Part shown: positions 7,841 to 16,460 of the stretch, one piece after another
Position numbering within the stretch: the stretch's first letter is position 1
Layout of the letters: every line of letters begins with the position of its first letter
From: Candidatus Auribacterota bacterium
GTDB lineage: Bacteria > Auribacterota > UBA6266
Direction of reading: 5' to 3'
DNA: 32,000 bases
Assembly (NCBI GenBank): GCA_023136205.1
Contig: JAGLRQ010000063.1
Coordinates: 6,204-38,203 of the forward strand
Notes under the pieces: generated by a model
What the model was told of the DNA's origin: nothing
The model's input: the letters and a program-made list of their open reading frames with translations, nothing else
Database searches by the model: none
Translations under genes and position numbers: made by a program

Positions 7841-7927
7841 TCGTCAATCGGTGACGGTGACGGCCAAATAGACGTAACCGAAAAACGATAACCGATACGG
7901 GCATCGTAACCGAAAAACGATAAACGA
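7836..7927. repeat. D-type direct repeat, right copy
   Basis: See the left copy. Begins GGTAATCGTCAATCGGTGACGG, whose TAA is the stop of the four-helix-bundle ORF. Confidence 0.9.
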
Positions 7928-7944
7928 AAAACCTAGGAGCTTAT

Positions 7945-9003
7945 ATGGAAAAAAATTCTAAAATATACATAGCCGGCCACGATGGCCTGGTCGGTTCCGC
8001 CCTTACAAGAAAATTAAAAGCATCTGGTTATCAGAATATAACTACAAGAACCCTTAAAGAGCTTGATCTTACACGACAGAAAGACGCCGAAGATTTTTTT
8101 GAGAAAGAAAAACCCGAATATGTATTCTTAGCCGCGGCTAAAGTAGGCGGCATACTCGCCAACAGCACCTATAAAGCGGAATTCATATACCAGAATATAA
8201 TGATTGCCGCGAATGTAATACATTCAAGCTATAAATTTGGTGTTAAAAAACTGCTTAATATGGGTTCATCCTGTATATATCCAAAATTAGCGCCGCAACC
8301 GTTAAAAGAAGAATATCTTTTGACCGGAGAGTTAGAACCTACAAACGAACCTTATGCGATTGCCAAGATTTCAGCAATAAAACTGTGCGGATATTATAAT
8401 GAGCAATATGGAACAAATTTTATCTCCGTTATGCCCACTAACCAATATGGCCCAAATGATAATTTTAACCTGAAAACATCACATGTTTTACCCTCTATGT
8501 TAAGGAAGTTTCACTTAGCAAAATTATTATCAGAAGGCAAGTATGATGATATACTCAGCGATTTAAATCTTCCCCCTGAATCTCAAATCTCAAATCTCAA
8601 ATCCGTTGACAGTTTGCTTGCTGATGTTGGCATAGCTGCTCAATCTATTACTCTATGGGGAAGCGGGAGCCCCTACAGAGAATTTCTCTACGTTGATGAT
8701 ACTGCAGAAGCATGTGTTTTTTTAATGCAAAAATATGACGCCAAAGAAATTGGCGAATTTGTGAACATTGGGTCAGGTAAGGATATTCAACTTAAAGAAC
8801 TTGCTAATTTAATAAAACAAATTGTGGGATTTAAAGGTGAAATACAATGGGATACTGCAAAGCCCGATGGTACGCCGAAGAAGCTTTTGGATGTTGAGAG
8901 AATGAATAAATTGGGGTGGAAGGCAAAGGTTAGGTTGGAGGATGGGATTCGGATGGTGTATGAGGGTTACGTGACAAAAAGTACTGAACTCCGACGAAAT
9001 TAA
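7945..9003 (+). CDS. fcl: GDP-L-fucose synthase (GDP-4-keto-6-deoxymannose 3,5-epimerase/4-reductase)
   Basis: KIYIAGHDGLVGSAL, YAIAKISAIKLC (YxxxK) and WGSGSPYREFLYVDD are collinear with E. coli Fcl. Carries an extra ~30-aa insertion relative to it. Confidence 0.9.
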   Translation: MEKNSKIYIAGHDGLVGSALTRKLKASGYQNITTRTLKELDLTRQKDAEDFFEKEKPEYVFLAAAKVGGILANSTYKAEFIYQNIMIAANVIHSSYKFGVKKLLNMGSSCIYPKLAPQPLKEEYLLTGELEPTNEPYAIAKISAIKLCGYYNEQYGTNFISVMPTNQYGPNDNFNLKTSHVLPSMLRKFHLAKLLSEGKYDDILSDLNLPPESQISNLKSVDSLLADVGIAAQSITLWGSGSPYREFLYVDDTAEACVFLMQKYDAKEIGEFVNIGSGKDIQLKELANLIKQIVGFKGEIQWDTAKPDGTPKKLLDVERMNKLGWKAKVRLEDGIRMVYEGYVTKSTELRRN

Positions 9004-9093
9004 AAAAATTAGGGAAATGACAGAAAATTTAGAAAAACAGTGTTATTCAAATGAAGATTGGTAACCATAACCTAAAATTAGCGAATATTTCTT

Positions 9094-10434
9094 ATGTCTA
9101 TAATTAACTTTGTCAAAAAGAAACTTAACAATCTGATTAGTGACAAGAAATTTGAAGAGATTTTACACGGTGGAGCTTTGAGTCTAAGCGCAAAAGTTCT
9201 CGGAGTAACAATTGGAATATTTTCTAATATAATTGTTGCCAGATACTACGGCCCTGAAATAATGGGAATAGTCGCTATTTTAAATTCTTTTTTTGCAATT
9301 GCCGTACTTTTTAGCTTGATGGGAATGAATGTATCGCTATTGAGATTGATACCCGAGTACATAGCTAAATTTTCATATTTTTCAGCGTATAATGTTTATA
9401 AAAAAATCCTAAAAACTGCTGTTTTTTTATCGTTAATAGTTGCGGCATTGCTGTTTTTTTCTTCTGATTTTATAGCGTCTAATATCTTTAATAAAAGTCA
9501 TTTATCTATTTTGTTTGCAGTTGCTGCTATTTTTTTAATCGGGAAAACTCTTGTGCAGATAAATACTAATACGATTAGAGCTTTAAAAAACATAAAACTT
9601 TATGCTTTTGCTCAAATTTTACCAAACTTGGTGAATTTCTTTTTTTTGGCCCTGTTAACTTCCTTGTTTTACCAAAAATATAACCCGATATATATACAAT
9701 TCTTAATAATTATTGTTGGTACTTTGGCGACTGCGTATATGGTAAAAAAACTTTTCTGTTCGAAAATTGAAAACGGAAAACCGGCAGAAAAAATTTCTTA
9801 CCATAAAATTTTCAGCATATCTTCCCCTATGTTTTTAACCGCAACAATGCATTTAGTGATTTCGCAAACCGATATAGTTATGCTGGGAATCATGAAAAGT
9901 GAAGCTGATGTGGGAGTTTATAGCGTTGCGGTTAAGCTTGCTTTATTAACAAGTGCTATTTTAATTGCCTTTAATACTATCATCGCGCCCAAGTTTTCTG
10001 AATTATATCATTCCGAAAAAATAGATGAATTAGCGCATGTTGCCAAAAAATCCGCGAAATTAATATTCTGGATAACTGCTCCAATTTTAATTGTTCTTAT
10101 GGCCTTTGGCAAGGGGATATTAAGCGTATTTGGAGATAAGTTCGTAGTCGCATATTGGGCGTTATTTTTTTTAATAATAGGGCAATTTGTAAATTCAGCG
10201 GCTGGTTCTGTAGGATACTTGCTTAATATGACCGGCCATCAAATAGCATTTAGAAATATAGTTTTTGCCGCGGGAATTTTAAATATTATGTTAAATTACT
10301 TTTTAATTCCTGTTTATGGAATATACGGAGCGGCTATTGCCAGTATGATTTGTATAAGTTTATGGAATATAGCTGCCTCGATTTATGTAAAAATAAAGTT
10401 TGGATTTAGGATAGCGTATGTGCCATTTTGTTGA
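9094..10434 (+). CDS. wzx: Wzx-like oligosaccharide flippase (MOP superfamily)
   Basis: 446 aa polytopic membrane protein with the typical size and pattern of polysaccharide biosynthesis flippases, inside a glycan operon. Confidence 0.7.
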   Translation: MSIINFVKKKLNNLISDKKFEEILHGGALSLSAKVLGVTIGIFSNIIVARYYGPEIMGIVAILNSFFAIAVLFSLMGMNVSLLRLIPEYIAKFSYFSAYNVYKKILKTAVFLSLIVAALLFFSSDFIASNIFNKSHLSILFAVAAIFLIGKTLVQINTNTIRALKNIKLYAFAQILPNLVNFFFLALLTSLFYQKYNPIYIQFLIIIVGTLATAYMVKKLFCSKIENGKPAEKISYHKIFSISSPMFLTATMHLVISQTDIVMLGIMKSEADVGVYSVAVKLALLTSAILIAFNTIIAPKFSELYHSEKIDELAHVAKKSAKLIFWITAPILIVLMAFGKGILSVFGDKFVVAYWALFFLIIGQFVNSAAGSVGYLLNMTGHQIAFRNIVFAAGILNIMLNYFLIPVYGIYGAAIASMICISLWNIAASIYVKIKFGFRIAYVPFC

Positions 10435-10466
10435 AATAAGGCAGACAAAACCAGGAAATAGCTTAG

Positions 10467-11291
10467 ATGAATAAAGCATTTAATCTCTTGAAAACAGAAA
10501 TTAAAAAAGTGACAGGACTTGGCACAGTTCCGGGCAGATATCTTACAATTTTTCCTGACGACGTCTTTCTTGTTTCCTATCCAAGATCGGGAAATACATG
10601 GACAATATTTTTGTTGGGAAATTACTTGTTTAATACGCAAATAAATTTTTATAACTATAACAAAGTTTTTCCCAGCATATACAAATTTAATGCTGCTCAG
10701 TTATCGCAAATGAAAAGGCCGCGTATAATAAAAAGTCATGAAGGATTAAATAAAAAATATCCGAAAGTGATTTATTTATTAAGAGACCCTAGAGATGTTT
10801 GTATTTCATATTATTTTTATCAGAAAAAAAATAAAGAAATAACTATTCCTCTTGAAACCTATGTCGAAAAATTTATCCATGGCACTAATTCTCCATATGG
10901 AGAATGGAAAAAACATGTATATGGTTGGATAAATAATAGAAATAAGATTAAAAAAGGTTTTATGTTTTTTAGATATGAAGATTTAAAAAAGAATACATCT
11001 AATGAATTGAAGAAAATGATTAAGTTTTTAGGGTATGAAATTGATGAAAAAAAAATAAATGATGCAGTAGTAAACTCAAGTTTTGACAGTATGAGAAGGT
11101 TGGAAACAAAGCAAGAAGAAGAGGTTAGTTTTCTAAAAAAATCAGATAAGGAGATAAAGTTTATAAGAAGTGGCAAGAGTGATTTTATGGAATATTTTAA
11201 GAATTTTGATACAAGAATAGTAGAAAAGTTTAAAACCGCTTTTGATGAGTCTTTATTAAAGTTGGGGTATGAAAATGATGCAACTTGGTAA
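10467..11291 (+). CDS. PAPS-dependent sulfotransferase
   Basis: YPRSGNTWTIFLL resembles the 5'-PSB loop (PKSGTTW-like) and RDPRDVCISYYF the 3'-PB motif (RxPxDxxxS). Confidence 0.8.
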   Translation: MNKAFNLLKTEIKKVTGLGTVPGRYLTIFPDDVFLVSYPRSGNTWTIFLLGNYLFNTQINFYNYNKVFPSIYKFNAAQLSQMKRPRIIKSHEGLNKKYPKVIYLLRDPRDVCISYYFYQKKNKEITIPLETYVEKFIHGTNSPYGEWKKHVYGWINNRNKIKKGFMFFRYEDLKKNTSNELKKMIKFLGYEIDEKKINDAVVNSSFDSMRRLETKQEEEVSFLKKSDKEIKFIRSGKSDFMEYFKNFDTRIVEKFKTAFDESLLKLGYENDATW

Positions 11292-12078
11292 ATTTTTTTT
11301 ACGGAACACATCTTGGTATTATTTATACAGATATTTAAAGTATTTACAAGAATTTGGAGTTTCCAATAGGTGTATAAATTGCCCAGAAAAAGACATTGTT
11401 GTATGCGGCATGCCTCGATCCGGATCCACTCTTTTGTACAATATATTAAAAATAATCTTAACAAAAACATTAGAAATGGAAGACGGGTTTTGTTTTGTCG
11501 AAAAAGAATATACAAACAAAATGAATAATCAAAATATTTACCACCTAAGGAAGATACATATATTCTCGTTTTTGTTGGCTAAAAGAATAAAAACAGATAA
11601 AACAATAGGCTTTTTTACGCATCGAGACATACGAGATGTTATTGTTTCTTTAATACAGAAAAAGTGGATTACCGATTTTGACGAGTTTATAGAAAGTGGA
11701 AGATTGCATAGAATTGTTTACACTTCCTTGCTATATGCAAAGACTAAAAATATGCATGTTTTTAGCTATGATGAATTGTTGCATAATAAAGAGGAAGCTA
11801 TGAGACGCGTCTTAAGAATATTAAATCTCGAACTGGATACTACATTAATTGAGCATCTAATAAAAGAAACCTCAATAGGAAATACTCAACGTAAGATAGC
11901 TCAAAATAAATATATTATAAAATCGGATAAAGTTATTTACAATCCGGCAACAGGCTTACATAAAAATCATATCCAAGATCCTCGTACAGGAAAATGGAAA
12001 GAATTTCTTTCACGAGAACAAATAAAAATAGTAAATAAAATTGCAAAAGAATATATATATTTTTTTAATTATGAGTAA
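11269..12078 (+). CDS. Sulfotransferase family protein (second, divergent)
   Basis: CGMPRSGSTLLYNIL (P-loop-like PSB) and THRDIRDVIVSL (3'-PB-like). Start uncertain (ATG 11269, 11275 or 11278). Confidence 0.65.
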   Translation: MKMMQLGKFFLRNTSWYYLYRYLKYLQEFGVSNRCINCPEKDIVVCGMPRSGSTLLYNILKIILTKTLEMEDGFCFVEKEYTNKMNNQNIYHLRKIHIFSFLLAKRIKTDKTIGFFTHRDIRDVIVSLIQKKWITDFDEFIESGRLHRIVYTSLLYAKTKNMHVFSYDELLHNKEEAMRRVLRILNLELDTTLIEHLIKETSIGNTQRKIAQNKYIIKSDKVIYNPATGLHKNHIQDPRTGKWKEFLSREQIKIVNKIAKEYIYFFNYE

Positions 12079-12100
12079 TTAACTTATCTGTGGAGATAAA

Positions 12101-13567
12101 TTGTTAAAATTATTTTTGTCAACTGCAATGGCATTCTTTTTTGGGTTTTTATTTACGGCAAATTACTATTACGCAATAGTAATACTGGCGTTAGGTGCTT
12201 TAGCTTTATTATCTTTTTCCAAAAAGAATTATTTTTTAGTGCTGCTACCGTTTATAATTAGTTCAAGTTTTTTTGGATTTTTGCCTCGCCCTTTTGCCAT
12301 ACGAGGTCTATTTCAACAAGATGACATTGCTTTGCTTTGTCTATTATTGGGGGCAATATTTCTTTATGTTTTTTCCCAACAACAAGACGATAGAAGTGGT
12401 ATTGTTTTTCCCGCGACACCATTTATTCAAAAAAATAAGTTTTTAGTTATGTTTTTTTTGGCATTTTTAATTTTTGTTTTATTTTTTTCATGGATTAAAT
12501 ATGGTCAAATTATTCAATCTTTTAAGGTTTTTCGAGGAATTTTTAGGTATCTCTCCATTCTGCCGTTTATGTATATACTTTTTCGAATAAGGCATAAAAA
12601 TATAGAAAAATTAATCAATTGTATTGAAGTTATAACAATAATTTTATCCGTATGTTATATTTTGGATTTTGGTTTTGGAATAAAAATATTTAACATACAG
12701 TCCCATATAGAAACTTCATTTTATGGGGTGGATATTACTCGAAACTTCTTGGCAAGACCTTATTTTTTATATTTTGTGCTATTGAGATTAATATTAAGGG
12801 GAAAATACAAAAAGTATCATATTATAGGAATATTTTCTATAGTGCTTGTTTTTTTTCTTTCTTATACTAGAAATAGAATTTTTTCATTAATATTATTTTC
12901 TACGGTAGCAATGATTATTTGCAATAGGAAGTATACAAAAAATATCTTAAGTCTTGTGAAAACCAGTGTAATGACTTCTGTCTCCATTTTAATATTAGGA
13001 GGTGTCATTTACACTGTTTTTAATACACAGTTAGGCTATTTAAGCCGCCGCTTTGATAAGGGTTTTTCTGCCTCTTCAATCAGCGAAGACTCAAACCTTC
13101 TATTACGGAAAAATATTATTTTAAGCAGGGCGAAAAAGGTTTTAGCAGTAAACCCTATCACTGGCTTAGGATATTTACACCCTGAGACAGGGGGGGGTTT
13201 TTATCCAGGCTTGTTTGTTAGAAAATCGGATGACTATGGTAGTGCTTTAGTAGGGGACCAATCTTGGGGTAATCTTATTGTAATGATTGGGTTTGGAGGA
13301 AGTTTTTTGTTCTTATTGATGTTGTTTTTCCCGATTATAATGCTAATCCGGAAAAAGTGTTTTTTAAAACAAAATATTACGTTAATTGCTGTATTTTTGG
13401 CATTGCTTGATATGGTTTTGCTAAATGCTTTCTTTAGTAACGTTTTTCTTAAGGAAGTTCTAAAAATTAGCTTTTATTATGCATTAATTATTTATTATGC
13501 CAATTCTTATCTTTTGGGAAGCAACAATCGTAGTAATACTTATTTGTTAATAAGGAATGAAGAATGA
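12101..13567 (+). CDS. Wzy-like O-antigen/EPS polymerase or ligase-family membrane protein
   Basis: 488 aa with more than 10 hydrophobic segments. SYTRNRIFSLILF region resembles the Wzy_C/O-antigen ligase core, followed by a large loop. TTG start with GGAG upstream. Confidence 0.55.
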   Translation: MLKLFLSTAMAFFFGFLFTANYYYAIVILALGALALLSFSKKNYFLVLLPFIISSSFFGFLPRPFAIRGLFQQDDIALLCLLLGAIFLYVFSQQQDDRSGIVFPATPFIQKNKFLVMFFLAFLIFVLFFSWIKYGQIIQSFKVFRGIFRYLSILPFMYILFRIRHKNIEKLINCIEVITIILSVCYILDFGFGIKIFNIQSHIETSFYGVDITRNFLARPYFLYFVLLRLILRGKYKKYHIIGIFSIVLVFFLSYTRNRIFSLILFSTVAMIICNRKYTKNILSLVKTSVMTSVSILILGGVIYTVFNTQLGYLSRRFDKGFSASSISEDSNLLLRKNIILSRAKKVLAVNPITGLGYLHPETGGGFYPGLFVRKSDDYGSALVGDQSWGNLIVMIGFGGSFLFLLMLFFPIIMLIRKKCFLKQNITLIAVFLALLDMVLLNAFFSNVFLKEVLKISFYYALIIYYANSYLLGSNNRSNTYLLIRNEE

Positions 13568-14412
13568 AAAACATATTAATATCAATAATAACCCCTTCAT
13601 ATAACCAGGCGAAGTTTATTAGAAGAACTCTTGATAGTGTTTTACTTCATCAAAATCATGTAAACATAGAGCATATTGTTGTTGATGGTTATTCTTCTGA
13701 CGGGACATTAGAAATTTTAAAAGAGTATAAAAACAGATATCCTGACAAATTTTCTTATATATACGAAAAAGATTCAGGGCAGTCAAATGCTATAAATAAA
13801 GGGTTTAAAAGGGCTACGGGCGATATTATTGGATGGATAAATTCTGATGATTACTACGAAAAACATATTTTTATAGACGTAGTAAAAGAATTTAATGATC
13901 CTTCTGTTGCGTGGATTATTGGAAATGTTATCTCAACGTATGAAGGCATTAACAAAATGGAAAAAATAGTATCCCGTAAGATAACGTATCAGAATTTATT
14001 AAAAAATCCTGATATTGTAGCACAGCAAGGGGTATTTTTTAGGAGGGGTATTTTAGAGGCCGTTGGCGGATGGGATGATAGTTTCTATATGGTTATGGAT
14101 TATGATTTGTGGATTCGTTTATCAAAGGTTGCAGATCCTAAAATGATAAATAAATATTGGGGATATTTTACGCATCATTCCAATTCCAAAACATTAGGAA
14201 AAACGAAACGTATACAAATGGAAGAGATTATGCACATCCTTAAACGAGAAAATGTTAAATATTTGCAGCGGCAAATGGCTTTGTCTAAAAAGAGATTTTA
14301 TTATTATAAACAAAAACTGAAACATTTGCTTATCAAGTTGCGAATAATAGATAAAAAGTATTATTCTTATCCATGTTCTTCGAAGCGATGGGAAATATGG
14401 AAAAACAAATGA
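13564..14412 (+). CDS. Family 2 glycosyltransferase
   Basis: ISIITPSYNQAKFIRRTLDSV...VVDGYSSDGT...INSDD is the classic GT2 N-terminal pattern with DxD. ATGA overlap with the upstream gene. Confidence 0.85.
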   Translation: MKNILISIITPSYNQAKFIRRTLDSVLLHQNHVNIEHIVVDGYSSDGTLEILKEYKNRYPDKFSYIYEKDSGQSNAINKGFKRATGDIIGWINSDDYYEKHIFIDVVKEFNDPSVAWIIGNVISTYEGINKMEKIVSRKITYQNLLKNPDIVAQQGVFFRRGILEAVGGWDDSFYMVMDYDLWIRLSKVADPKMINKYWGYFTHHSNSKTLGKTKRIQMEEIMHILKRENVKYLQRQMALSKKRFYYYKQKLKHLLIKLRIIDKKYYSYPCSSKRWEIWKNK

Positions 14413-14437
14413 TTGGTTTGAAAGAAATGTATTGTAT

Positions 14438-15574
14438 ATGAAAGAAAATAAAAAAAATATTTTGTTTATTATTCATGACATATCGAATGCAGGCATAGAA
14501 CGAGTATGTTTGAATATATCAAGAGGAGTTAATAAAGAAAAATACGGTTTGTTTGTATTTCTTTATCAGCCGAAAGGACAAAACACTTTTGATATTAATC
14601 TGCCGGAGAATGTTATATATTTCAAGAGAGATATTCAAAAAGTAAGGAATAAAATATGGCGGGCAATGTGTTTGTTTTTTCAAATTGTGATGAGTATAAA
14701 AAAATCGAATGCTGATCTTGTTGTTTCGTTTATTCCTTTTGTTAATTCGATTGTTTTTATTATATGTGCTTTTATGCGTTGTAAACATATTGCTACTCAA
14801 CATAATTTACTATCTCGTGATATTACGTTGTTAAAAGGAAAAGCTATTCTATATAACTCGTTATTGTGGAAGTTTGTTTATAAGAGGTTACAGTATTTGG
14901 TTGTGGTCTCGAATTCAATAAAAGAAGATTTGGTCTCGAATTTTGGAGTTAAGGAGAATAAGGTTAAGGTTATATACAATGGAATTGATTTAGGACAAAT
15001 AAAGCAATCTACTAAAAATAAACCGAACATTACTATTGCTAAATATATAATTTATGTAGGACGGATAGAGTATCAGAAGTCAGTTGGTACGCTTATTCAG
15101 GCTTTTTCAATAGTAAGAAAACAAGCGAATGATTTGAATCTAATTATTATGGGGGAAGGGTCGCTTTTAGGGGAAATAAAAAAAATGGCAAAAAATATAG
15201 GATGTATGCAAACTATACATTTTATAGGTTTTCAATCAAATCCATATATTTACATGAAGAACGCCCTATGTTTAGTATTACCGTCATTGTTTGAGGGTTT
15301 TGGATGTGTAATAACGGAAGCTATGGCTTGCGGTACTCCTGTCATTGCAACAAATATTGAAGGGCCAAAAGAAATTATTACACATGGTCACAATGGGTTA
15401 CTTTTTACGCCTAAAAATTATGAAGAATTAGCAACCGAGATAGAGGAAGTTATTAACAATAAAGATTTAAGAAAAACTTTAATATCTAATGGGCTAATGA
15501 CAGTGAAGAAATATACAAATATGCACGAACAATACGATGAGTTATTTGATTCAATAATAAAAAATAAAATTTAG
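14438..15574 (+). CDS. GT4-type (GT-B) glycosyltransferase
   Basis: EGFGCVITEAMACGTPVIATNIEGPKEIITHGHNGLL is the E-X7-E GT4 C-terminal motif. ATG 14438 preferred to TTG 14432. Confidence 0.85.
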   Translation: MKENKKNILFIIHDISNAGIERVCLNISRGVNKEKYGLFVFLYQPKGQNTFDINLPENVIYFKRDIQKVRNKIWRAMCLFFQIVMSIKKSNADLVVSFIPFVNSIVFIICAFMRCKHIATQHNLLSRDITLLKGKAILYNSLLWKFVYKRLQYLVVVSNSIKEDLVSNFGVKENKVKVIYNGIDLGQIKQSTKNKPNITIAKYIIYVGRIEYQKSVGTLIQAFSIVRKQANDLNLIIMGEGSLLGEIKKMAKNIGCMQTIHFIGFQSNPYIYMKNALCLVLPSLFEGFGCVITEAMACGTPVIATNIEGPKEIITHGHNGLLFTPKNYEELATEIEEVINNKDLRKTLISNGLMTVKKYTNMHEQYDELFDSIIKNKI

Positions 15575-15584
15575 GAGTAATGAT

Positions 15585-16460
15585 ATGAATATAAAAATAA
15601 TTGCAGAAACTGGATGCAATCATAAAGGAAGCATGGAAATAGCGAAAGAGATGATTAATGTGGCAAGTATTTTTTGTAAAGCGGATTGCGTGAAATTTCA
15701 AAAACGTAATTTGCGGGAATTATTGTCTGAAGAGGAATATAATTCACCACATCCAAATGTGAACAATTCATATGGAAAGACATATGGCGAGCATCGGGAG
15801 GTATTAGAGCTAGATTTGGATCAGCATCGCCAATTGAAGAAGTGGTGTGATGAAATGAACATTATGTATTCGTGTTCAGTCTGGGATTTGACATCAACAA
15901 AGGAAATTGTTTCATTGCAACCAAAATTAATTAAGATTCCCTCAGCATGTAATTTAAATAAAGATATTCTGGAATATTTGTGTGAATACTATGAGGGGGA
16001 AATTCATGTTTCTTTTGGAATGACATCACAAGAGGAAGAAAAGAAGATCATTGATTTTTTCAAAGAGCGAAAAAGAAATACTGATTTGGTTATTTATAGT
16101 TGTACATCCGGATACCCAGTACCTTTTGAGGATGTTTGCCTTTTAGAAATTAGGAGATTGTTACGTGATTATTCTCAGGATGTGAAGTCGATAGGTTTCT
16201 CGGGGCATCATTTAGGGATTGCTGTTGATGTAGCAGCTATTACATTAGGCGCTTGCTGGGTGGAGCGGCATTTTACACTAGATCGGACATGGAAAGGAAC
16301 AGACCATGCGGCTTCTCTTGAGCCCGAGGGAATAAGACGCCTTGTTAGAAATGCAAAAGCTGTTAGTTTAGCTTTGACAAATAAGAGATCAGAAATCTTA
16401 GATATTGAAAATGTACAACGTAAAAAGCTAAAAGAGGGACAAATAAAATGGGAAAAATAG
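15585..16460 (+). CDS. NeuB-family nonulosonic acid (9-phosphate?) synthase, short form without C-terminal SAF domain
   Basis: IIAETGCNHKGSMEIAKEMI...CVKFQKR and GFSGHHLGIAVDVAAITLGACWVERHFTLDR match NeuB TIM-barrel motifs. Only 291 aa. Confidence 0.8.
   Translation: MNIKIIAETGCNHKGSMEIAKEMINVASIFCKADCVKFQKRNLRELLSEEEYNSPHPNVNNSYGKTYGEHREVLELDLDQHRQLKKWCDEMNIMYSCSVWDLTSTKEIVSLQPKLIKIPSACNLNKDILEYLCEYYEGEIHVSFGMTSQEEEKKIIDFFKERKRNTDLVIYSCTSGYPVPFEDVCLLEIRRLLRDYSQDVKSIGFSGHHLGIAVDVAAITLGACWVERHFTLDRTWKGTDHAASLEPEGIRRLVRNAKAVSLALTNKRSEILDIENVQRKKLKEGQIKWEK

Noticed and set aside
10859-11515. 218-aa ORF on the minus strand antisense to the two sulfotransferase genes
   Set aside because: It is an AT-rich, low-complexity translation (FLLFI.., KNLIIFF..). 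It fully overlaps plus-strand genes that have clear PAPS-binding motifs. This is a typical shadow ORF.
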